Source: Cyanophora paradoxa CCMP329
Lineage: Eukaryota > Plantae > Glaucophyta
NCBI GenBank assembly: GCA_004431415.1
Contig: QPMI01000015.1
Coordinates: forward strand, 124,001 to 188,000
Direction of reading: 5' to 3'
DNA: 64,000 nucleotides
Within the stretch, counting starts at the first letter, position 1. The number at the start of each line of letters is the position of its first letter. A program made the position numbers and the translations under genes. This document shows positions 43,055 through 53,258 of this stretch, piece after piece. Under the pieces are notes generated by a model. The model saw nothing but the letters and a program-made list of their open reading frames with translations. It ran no database searches and was not told the DNA's origin.

Positions 43055-45782
43055 TTAATGAGTCGAAGCCAAATCTTTAATGGTGTTCAAGGTATTTCTC
43101 AAACGAGTCGCCTCATCAAGAGCCCTAAGGGCCTGTTGGCGTGCGTCCTCCGCCTGTTGGCGTGCGGCCTCCGCCTGTTGGCGTGCGGCCTCCGCAGCCT
43201 CTAGCCGTGTGCGCAGTGCTGACAGCTCAGCCACTGCATCGCTCATCTGCAGGAAGCAGGGCGAGGGTTTGCTATTGACTAGAAAAAGTTGCATTTGAAA
43301 GCATGGAGTTACCCGCTTCCGCAGACCTTCGTTCTTCTTTGTCTGGGAAGGACAAAAATTCGATGTCATAATTATGATAGAAGATCTATAGAGCCTCGCA
43401 GATACATATGCATAAATTAAAGAAAGGTACCTGCTGGTCCAGCCGCCTCCGCAGCTCCTCCTTTTCCTTCCTGTGCTCACTCGCTTGGCGCTCCTGTTCC
43501 TGTCAAACACGTAATTAGCACTTTTATACGCATAATCCATCATAATAATCAGCTGCACACCGCTTCGAACATTTCCTGTACACGCTTGGCGAAGTCCAAA
43601 TTCTGCGAGCTGCCGCCGTTGCTGCTGCTGCCGCCGCCGCCACCGCTGCTGCTGCTGCTGTCGCTTGCGCCCATTTCTGCTGTGTAGAAAGGAGTGGAAT
43701 CGTAGGCTGAACTGGCTGCAGCTGGCTTCCGCTCGAGCTCGGGATCCGAGGAAGCGCTGGCGCTGCAAGTGCCGCCCGAGCGGGGGACCTTCGCGGCACT
43801 TCCGGGCACCTCCGGGCCCACGGCCTCCTCGAGGCCAGTGGGCGATCGCGACCCCGAGCTCGAGGGACCCCGCCGCCGCTTCTTGCGATTGCTGTCCATT
43901 GCAGGCTCTTCGCCTGACGTCTCACCCGAGCTGTTCCATTCAGATGATTGGTCGTCGCCTCCGGGCTCCAAATCTTCTTGCGTCTGACTATCCTCGATTG
44001 CCTGACTTGCGTTCACCTTCTCTTGCATGGTGACTCCATCAGATGTGTATTGTTCCCGAATAGGGGAGACTGCGCGCAATGAATATTAATAATGAGAAGT
44101 CGATCAGAGATTAGAATCGGGCTAAAAGAATCCAATTGCAAATAAAAAAGACGCACAGAAGCCCTCGAGAAGCTGCTGCTTGAACATGACATAGCACTCG
44201 TCGTTCTCGAACCACTGAGGGAGGCAAAGACTCAGATTCTCTGACGTAGAGGGGTGCGCGATGTCTGCTGGAGCTCCACCACCCTCGACCAGCTTCTTCT
44301 TGAGATGGTTCAGCGCCTCAGGAACAACTTTCTTGTAGTTCGGCGGAGCTTGCTCGATGCCCAAGTCGATGGTGAGCTTGAAAGGCTTGCCGGAACTTCT
44401 GCATCGCATTGCCGCCACAGCTGAGAAAGTTGCAGCGTTCTCGGCGAAGCGAGTGAAGCAGCCCTTGAAAACCACCTTATGCAGGGCCGGCAGGCGGTTC
44501 TCTATACAGTACGCGAGCATAGCCACCTAGTCATGATCAGCGACATGACCTGGAAGATTGCGGAAAGCTCAAGAAGACAAACCCGTTCATCGTTCAAGTC
44601 GATCTTCTCGAGTACAATGGAGCGTAGAGCGGGTAGGCGGCTGATTTTATGAAGGACGTCGTCCCACTCGTCCGTCATTAATTGAGTCGTTTGGTCGAGA
44701 TCTCGGCTGAAGGTGATGCTACGCAGCTCCAGCGTCCGAAGCTTCTTGCAGAGCGCGATCGCATGCCCAACTTGCTTCGCTTGCTTCTCAAAGCTCAGCT
44801 CTTGCAGCGTGAGCTTTCGCAGCGTCCCGCGGACTCCTTGCAACACCGCGCATGTGCCTTCCACGAGCCGGAGCTGTTGGGGCGTCGTAGTCTCTTTGTC
44901 CTGTGAGAGAGCAGAGTAAGTTAAACATCATTGACTCAGATTTAATAGTGTCATTTCGCACCGAGTTCGTGTGATTATTGGAAATCTTGCCGATGAGAAG
45001 GTTGTGAAGATGTGGACGGCTGCCGAGCGCGTTGCGAAGCCGATTGAATGGGTCTCGGCTGTCACTAACTGTAGTACGGCCGCGGTTGAGAGTTGGAATC
45101 TCGATATCATAAATGGAGCAGATATGGAGCTCGGCCGAGCTGGAGATGGCGCTGACGAGGGCTTCTGCGCCATTTTGGTCGAGGCGAAGCTTGAACACAT
45201 TAAGGCTCTGCAGAGGAGAGTCTGGTTTGGCAGAAGATGCGAGGGCTTCCTTCAAGAAAGTACTCCAGGCTGCTATGGACCGAAACATGTCCATGTGGAT
45301 CGATTCACCCATGTGGGGCCGCCCCAAGGCCAATCTCGTGCGCGTGTGCTGGCCGATTGCTTCCCCGAGCTGCTTCAAAGCTTTCTCGAAATCCTTGTCG
45401 CTAGCAGTTGTCCTCTCCGGCGGGCCGGCGAGCTGCGCATGCGCACGGACAGACCGTTGGCATGGGCCTCGAATGCATGACAGCAAAAAAGACGGGAGAT
45501 GCATACCGTCAGTTGAATCGTGCTGCGAACACGTACAACACAAACACCGGTCAGTCAAGTACGCGTACGGCTAAACGAGTGCACATATCTAACAGTGCAC
45601 CTGATCTGAGGATTCTCGAGCTCATGATCATGGATGATCTTCGCAATCGCCGCCAGATCGGTGTCGGTCAGCCTTTTGGGGACGCCGTTCTTCCCGCACT
45701 CGACGGCCAGGGTGCCCTGCCTCAACACGTCGCTGCTGCGAATCGTCTGGAGCCAGGCCGGCTCCCCCGCCTCGTTCGCCAT
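43055..45782 (-). CDS. LRR (RNI-like) protein with a C-terminal coiled coil; lower GC than neighbouring genes
   Basis: LxxLxL patterns PLQSLNVFKL, TLRKLTLQEL, KLRTLELRSI and ALRSIVLEKI; heptad repeat AEAARQQ. Introns are relatively AT-rich. Confidence 0.6.
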
Positions 45783-46509
45783 CGCGCTTCCTGCGATTAC
45801 GACGAGAATGGCTCAGTGAGCGCTGGTCCGACGATCCGAGGCCTAGTGCGTCCGGGCGCGCGCACGCGACGATGAAGGCCCCACCTTGCTACCCCGCTGC
45901 TTTCCTGCAAGTGCGATGAGAATGAGAGCTGGTTCGACGGCGCGCGGCCGGTTGGGGCGCGCGCGAGGCTAGGCGAGATGAAGGCCACGAACCTTCTAGA
46001 GACCCACGGCTACTGCGCGCGTTCACGGGTGTGTGGTCACGAATCTGCAATTGCAAGAGAAAGATGTTGCCGAATGACTCACCGGACTCACCAGAACCCC
46101 AATCACCAGACTCACACGACACGTGGCATGAGCACTCATGCCATGATGGGCCGGGGGGGTGAACACAATCGTTTTCCCCGTACCCGGAAGCGAAGCAAAC
46201 GCAGCAGTTAGTCCGACAGTTGCGGCAGTTACGAGCTCCAAGTCGTGATCGAGAAAGCTACCGGGACGAACCGGAGGCAGCCGCCCCGCCCGCGGCGGTT
46301 CCAGCTTCCCAGCGCCTGTACGGACGCGCATGCGTGCGTCCGGCATGGCGCCTTTGAGCCCTCGAATCACGAGGAGCGGCCGCGGCCTCGAGCGGCGCCC
46401 TCCTCGAGCTTGCGACCGCAGCCGACAGCAGCGGACCGGACCAAGCGACCGCATATGATAGTACTACAGCTAGCCCTCCCCCGGCATCGTCTGCTCGCTC
46501 CCATTGCGG

Positions 46510-46580
46510 CAGTTGCGGCAGTTACCCCGCCAGTTGCGGCAGTTACCCCGCCAGTTGCGGCAGTTACTCGCGGCAGTTAC
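46510..46580 (+). repeat. 21-bp tandem repeat cagttgcggcagttaccccgc (about 3 copies)
   Basis: Seen directly; a further 16-bp core copy is at 46217-46232. Confidence 0.9.
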
Positions 46581-46620
46581 ACCGGCGTGACCTATCCGAA
46601 TCCGATGGGGATCGCTCCGG

Positions 46621-48351
46621 TCACAGCGGACGGCGCCCGCGAGACGCGCGCCGTGGCCGTGGCCGCCTTCCTGAAGGCCTCCGGCCTCCAGCACGGCCCC
46701 GTCTTCCACAGCGGCGCGCTCCGCGCCACGCAGACCGCCGAGATCCTCGCCGGCGCGGACGGCGAATAGCGAGGGCCGAGGCCGAGGCCGAGGGCGAGCC
46801 GGCGGAGGCGCTGCGGGCGGTCTCGGAGGCGTGCAGCGACGCGCGCGAGCGAGCGGTTCTTCCCGATCCCCGACCGCGAGCCGTGGTATCTGTGCCGCCG
46901 GGCGCCCGGGCGCCCACGCACCTTCCACACCCTCCTGACCCGAGCGCGTGCAGAGTGCGGCCCCAGATTCCACACCCTTCTGAAGCGCGCGCGAGCAGTT
47001 CGTCCCGCTGCTCGTGTCGCACATGCCGTTCGTCGACCGCGATCCCCGACCCCGACCCCGACCCGCGGTACCTGCGCCGCCGGGCGCCCGCGCACCGCCC
47101 ACAACCGCGCCTGACTCGAGCGCGCGCAGACTGCGGCCCCGGAGTCCGCTCTGAACGTTGACATGGCGCGGAAAGGGGGGAACTGCTGGGGGACGCGCCG
47201 ACACAATTCCGAAGGCCTCCTGGGGCTGCCGGAGCAAGGCGCAGAGGGGGGTCTGCCAGGCCCCGGCGCGCCGTCTCATCCTCTTTCCGCCCCCGCCCGT
47301 CCCACCCCTCCTTCCCCCCCTCCCCTGGCGACCCGTCGAACGCCGTACCCCCTCCACCCCTCCGCCCCGTCATACTCCCTCCGCCCCCCGCGCCGTCGTA
47401 CCCTACCCCCTCCGCCCTCCGCCCCTTCATACCCTCCCCGCCTCCCCGCGCCGTCGTAGCCCCTCCGCCCTCCGTCCCGTCGTACATTATCCGCCCTCCC
47501 CCGTCCTACCCCCTCCGCCCCCCGCCCACCCCCCACCCTGCCCTATCGTACCCCTCCGGCCCCACCACCCGGCCCGTCGTAACCCCCCCCCCCCCCGCGT
47601 CACCGTAACCCCCCCCCCCCCCCCCCCCGCCCGCTCCTTCGGCCCGTCCTTCCCCTCCGGGCCTCTGCCCGCTGTCCCCTCCGGCCCGTCCTATCCCTTC
47701 CGGACCTCTGCCCCGTCGTCCCCCTCCTCCCCTCCGCGCCATCACGCCCCCTCCTCTTCCTCCCGGCCCTCTGCCCGGGCGCGGCGGCAGCCCCTGTCCC
47801 CGTACCCCCGCGACCCTCGCCTCACTCGCGCAGAAAGCGGAGGCTCGAGGCGCAGCTGGAGGCGCTGGAGGCCCTCCTTGCGTTGAAGTCAAGGCCAGGT
47901 CGCCACCGCCGGCGACGCCTCCCGCGAGGTGCGCGAGTGGGCGGACGAGGAGGCTCCTCGCGCTGGGCCGCCCGGCCGCCCCCGGGCCGACGCGCGGGTC
48001 CCGGGGCCGCGGGGCGGGCCGGGGCGGCGGTGGACGGCGGCGGCTGGCGCGTCGAGGCTCTCCTGCCCCCGTCCCTCCTCCCCGCCGCCCGACCCGCCCC
48101 GTCCCGCGTTGGCAAGGCCAATTTATTATCATCAACTTCAATTTGGCAAGTCGTTTATATAATTGTTTCTACAAGCGCCCGCCGGCAACACGGGAGGGCC
48201 GTGGGGGCCGGGCCGGCCCCGAGGCGCCGGAGGGGGCTACAGTCTCTTAGAGGATCCAGGGTACGGGGCAGAGGGAGCGGGGTCCGAGGGGCAGGAGGCG
48301 GCAGAGGGGCCCAACGGGCCCGCCGGCCTCTCGGGAGAGCAGGAGGGCCGG
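46621..48351 (+). pseudogene. Inverted, disrupted copy of sixA plus the 3' end of the U-box gene (from ~63028-63760)
   Basis: TADGARETRAVAVAAFLKASGLQHGPVFHSGALRATQTAEILAGADGE* lacks the N-terminal QHA motif, stops at 46767-46769 and is broken by insertions. 48168-48351 is the reverse complement of ~63028-63212. Confidence 0.85.
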
Positions 48352-49009
48352 GCAGAGTCCGGCCTAGTCCTCAGGGCCGTCACGCGGCGTCAACGGGGCA
48401 GAACTGTTGCCAGTTGAACCGCTGAGCCTATGCCTCACTGAGCTGCAGGCCTAGGCCACCCGGCCGCGAGCCGGACTCTGAACCTTCCAACTGGGCCCGG
48501 GGTGCCAAAAGAGTTCCGAAGTTCGAAGCTTCAAAGCGCCCTTCAAGGCTTCAAGGGCTCACTGAGTCAGCTTGAAAAGTAGAAGCTTGAAAGAACCCGC
48601 GGGCCGTGAGACAGTGACCGTCGGACGTCAGACTTTGAAACCATCATGGCATCCCGGAGCTCGAGTCCGCCGGGCCGATGATCATCGGGCATCATCATGG
48701 CATGGCATCCGATGATATATCGATGACCATGATCCGATCCGATGATCATGGCACTGCGGCATGGCCTCGGCCCCTCGCCCGCGGGCGGGCCCGGCTGCGG
48801 GGCCTGCCACTATCTATCTGGCCCCGGGCCCCGTGGGCGACCACTAGTGTCATGATCGCGATCGGGGCCAAGTCGGGGCCAAGCCTTGAGGGCTGGATGG
48901 AATATCAATTGATACTGGAGCAGGACGATAAAAAGGGAAAGCCGACGAGCGGGACAGGGCAGGGGGCGGATTCGGATCGGGAGGGCTGGCGGGGCGCGGG
49001 GGGCCGAGG

Positions 49010-52000
49010 CTAGGAGAGGCGGGCGCCGGCGAGGAGGCGGGTGGCCAGGTCCGCGGCGCTCTGCGGCACCGACGCGTGGCACGCCGTGAAGACCTCCGCC
49101 GAGGCTTCGAACCCCTGCCTCGAATTGTTCGAGGAGGCCCAGGCCTCGCGGCTGGCCGCGGGGCCCCAGAGGCGCCCCGCGGCGACGAAGGCCGAGGGGT
49201 GGTGGGGGTCCTCGCTGGGGGAGAGCAGGGCGCCGACCTCCCTCAGCCCCGCCGCCGGCCCCGGGCCGTTCGCCCGCTCGAACATCGCCGAGCGCTCCGC
49301 CTCCGCCCGCGCCCGCTGCTCCTCCCTGCTCTCCTCAGAAGGAGGCTTTCTTCGAGTAGAGGAAGATGAGGAAGAGGAGGAGCGGGCGGGGCCGCCGGAG
49401 CAGCGGACGAGCGGGCCCCTCAGCGCCGCGTACGCCTTGAAGAACTCGCGGCGGGCGGCCGCCAGGAGTGGGGGAACGGGGGCGCTCCCCCCGGGGAGCA
49501 GCGGGGCGAGGAGGGTGCCGGAGGGGGGGTACAGGAGCACGTAGTGGAGGAGGACGTTGGGTCGCCCCGCCGTGATCCTGCCGGGCGCGGGGAAGCTCAG
49601 CGAAGGAATGGGATAGGACGGGAGGCGGCCCTAGGGAAGCCCTGGGAGGGGGGGAGGGGGGGGGGCGGCCGTGGGCCATGGGCGGGGCGCACTGCAGGCC
49701 AAAGCCTAGCGAGCAGAGCTCAGGGGAGATTTTAAGGAGCCTGGATTTTAAAGGAAAGCGAGGGGAGGGGGGAAGCGAGGGGCGGGGCGGCCCAGAGGCT
49801 AGGAACATATCGGGGCGGGGCGGGGGCGCGCACTGCCAGGGGGCGTCGGCGCTGGCGGCGGCCCAGCGCTTCGGGTCCAGCAGCGCCGCCGCGTGCGGCT
49901 CCGGCTGCGGCAGGCGTCAGCAGGAGCCGAGGGCAGGGCAGGACGGGGGAGAGGGGAGGGGGAGGGGGGGGGGAGGGGGTGGAGGGGGGGCTGGGAGAGG
50001 CTCTCTAACAAAAGGCAGGCCCGTTAATGCTTTTGAAGGGTCCAAGGGATGTCTAATGTTGAAGGCTTTAAGGTCCTCTGCTAAAGTAGAGGGCGGGGGG
50101 ACGCGGGCGCGCCTGGGAGAGGGCCCCGGCGAAGAGGCTCTGGAGGATCTCGCGCCCGAGGGAGGCCCCCGCCTCCTGCGCCGCCGACCACAGGTCCACC
50201 ACCGCCGGGATCTGCGCGCGCGAGCGAGCGCGGGGCCTCATGATCAGCCCATGAAGCAGGAGACTCGATCAGAGCCCTCCCAGCACAGGAAAGGGAGGGG
50301 CCGGGGGCGGGGCGGGGCGGAGGTTAGCCGCAGGGGCCGGTGGAGCGGAGGGGATTCGAGACGCTAGGCTCGACCCGGCAAAAGAGCCGGGCAAGAGAGA
50401 GGAAGTTGGAAGGCGGCCACGACGTGCTCGGCGAAGCTACGAGAAAAGCTACGCGATCTCCAAAACAGTCGCGCGATTCGGTCGGGTCGGTCGGGGCGGG
50501 GGCGGAAGGCGCGCCTTCTCGGCCATGAGGCCGTCGAGGGGCGCCGGCGGGGGCGGGGAGTTGGGTTTAGGATGCTTAAAAGGGTTTACGATGCTTCAGG
50601 GTTTACTAGTTAGATGCTTGGTTAGAAGTTAGATGTTAGATGTTAGATGAAAGGGCGGGGGCGGGTTGCGCGCCTTCTCGGCCATGAGGCCGTCGAGGGC
50701 GCGGAAGCGGCCGGCGGCGCGCAGCCGGTGCAGCGCCGCCTTGCAGTCCACCACCTGCGGGGCGGAGGAGGCTCAGGAGAGGCGGCGAGGCGCAGGGCGA
50801 GGCGCGGGGCGTGGGACGAGGCGCGGAACGTGGGGCGCGGTGCGGGGCGCGGGGCGGAGCGTGGGGCGGGGCGGGGTACCTGGTAGGGGTCGATCTGCCT
50901 GCGGGGCCGAAGACAACGAGTCAGCGCCGCCCACCCGGGCCCGCGCCCGTGCGCGATCGGGCCGCCGGGGGCTCGGCGCACCCGAGGGTAGGGAAGCGGG
51001 GGTACAGGAGGAGGCAGAGAAGCTGCTGGGACTGCGATCGCGTACCCCAAGGAATCAGATCAGGTCAGACGAGGGGTACGACGAGGGAACCCAAGAAATC
51101 AGATCAGGTCAGATGAGGGGGCACCTGGGCGACGCAGACGAGGACGCAGGGGTGGACGGCCCCGGGGGGCGCCTCGCCCCCGCCCTCCGCCGCCTTCTCG
51201 GGGGGCCACCTGCCGAAGGGGCCTCAGGCGAGGGTGGGGGGGGGGGGGGGAGGGCGGGGGGAGGGGGGGGGAGAAGGGGGGTTTGGGTGGTGGGGTGTTG
51301 GTGTTGGTGGGGGCCGGGCGAAGAAGGCTTGAAGACTAGAAGGGGCTAAGGGGACGGAGGCTACCTGCACGGGGTGGGTGGTGTGTGTGTGTGGGGGGGG
51401 GGGGGGGGAGGGGGGGGAGGGGGTGGCAGGGAAGGTCGAAGGGCGGGGGCCAGCTAAAGAGTAAGGCGTACCCCTCACGGAAGACCTGCTGGACTATGAC
51501 CGTCTCGCCGGCGTCTGCGGGGGCGCAGGTCTAGTCAGCCAAAAGAGACAGGGAGGGCGAGGTAACGAGCAGAGAAAGCTCTCCAGGCGGGGCGGCGCGG
51601 GAGCGCGAAGGCTCAAAGACTCGAAGGGGACAAAGGCTTTAAAGGTTCTCGCACCGACGGGGGCGCCGAAGAGGCGGCGGGCGGCGCAGAAGCGCGCCAC
51701 GTCCCGCAGGTCCCCCGCGCCCATCGCGCTGCAAGGCCGTGAGGGGGGGGGGGGGGGGGGGGGGGGGGGCACGCGCCTGGCGACGAGGACGCCCCTGTGG
51801 AAGAGGCAGGCCCCGAGGGGTAGGCAGGAGCGACCGCCGGACTAAGATAGACGGGGGTTCAGCGGGGCCGAGGGGGGTGGGGTGGAGTTGGGGTGTGTGT
51901 GTGTGGGGGGTACCGTGACGTAATCGTACTCGCGGTTGGGGGAGAGGAGGGAGTTCAGGGTATCCCCCAGCTGCGCCCGCACCTGCGCAGGTGTCAGAGG

Positions 52001-53141
52001 CGAGTAGGGGGGAAAGGGGGTACGGGGTGAAACCCGCCTCCATCGAGGGGTGGAAGAATTTCGCGCCCTGGGGGTACGGGCGCGCGGGGTAAGATGGGAG
52101 GGGAGAAAATGATTGGGGGTAGCGCGCCATGCCGAGGGCGGCGAAGAAGCCCTGGTGCAGAGCGTCCTCTGGGCGGAGGATGGAGTTGGCGGGAGCGGTG
52201 TGGGGTTGGCGGGGCGGGCGGGCGCCGGTTCGGCACCGGAGAGGGCCACTTCGAAGAACCGCGCGAAGAGGGGATCCAGTTGGGTCGCCAGGCGCCGCTG
52301 CTGGGCCTCAGAGACGGCTGGGCGGAGAGGGCGGCGCGGGGCGGCAGCGGCGGCGGCGCACGGGCCGGCTCGGGTCGCCGGCAGCGCCGTCTGGCCCCCG
52401 TACGACGCCCTCTGCGGGACGGGCTCTCGTCTTCAGAGGCGGGGGGAGGGGGCGGAGAGAGGGGGGTACGCCGCACCGAGGGAACCGGCGAGGAAGCGGA
52501 GGGACGAGAGGAACTCCTGCGGGGCGCCGTCAGATGTGGGCGGCGCGCGGGGGACGGGCGGCTCAGGAGCCGCGCACCCGCACTAGCGCAGAGGCGAGGG
52601 CCTCCGGCACGTTCTTGGGGAGTACAGCGACGAAGAGCGCGGTCTCCAATGGCGCGTAGATAGCCAGAAGCTGCGGCCCCGGCCCGCGCGGCTCGAGCGG
52701 GGCAGATGAATTCGAACGCGCCGCGCGCGCTCGCCTTAACTGATCGAGTGGAGACCGATCCGTCCGGCATGCGCTCATCCTGGTGCTGCTCGAAGCTCGC
52801 CGTGTTGCACTGCGCCCGGCCGCGGGAGGCGCGTTAGATGCCGGCGCCCGGCGGCCTCGGAATGCGTTCGGAAAGCAATCTACGCGCACGGATTGGCCCG
52901 TGAGCATCCGCATCACGCCGTTCAGGGCCACAAAGACGCCCTTCAGGCGCTCGACGCTCGCCTGGTTCACATTGCGCGTCTCCGGAGGCGGATACGCGTA
53001 CAAAATCTGCTCGAAACGCAAGCCTCAGTCATTCCGATTCTTTAGCTAAGCGTCGGCGGGCCGCACGTCGCTGCTGGTATCCTCCTCAGGCCGCGGCCTG
53101 GTATCCAGGAACAAGGCGAGGTGTGGCTGTGGCGCAGCCAT
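49010..53141 (-). CDS. INTU: Inturned-like tri-longin-domain protein (INTU/CCZ1/HPS4 family)
   Basis: MAAPQPHLALFLDT..EEDTSSD|QILYAYP..LKGVFVALNGVMRMLTG (longin 1), CLFHRGVLVA..GDLRDVARFC (longin 2) and FVAAGRLW..EVFTACHASVPQSAADLATRL (longin 3). These parallel INTU motifs as I recall them: EILYHYP, RGIFLTL, YWVVGR and ELYVCFHDSV. Confidence 0.65.
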
Positions 53142-53258
53142 CGCTGGTCCTGCCGGTGCCGCACGGGCGCCGGCCCGCCTCCCGAGGTCCCGGAGCTTCC
53201 CGCCTTGCTGCGGCTCTTTCTCAGTATCCCCCCCGGCTGGCTCCCAGCGGTCGCGGCC

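Noticed and set aside
50562-50650. Telomere-like GGGTTTA and gttagat repeats
   Set aside because: These are a few non-tandem degenerate copies inside an intron, i.e. ordinary low-complexity sequence.
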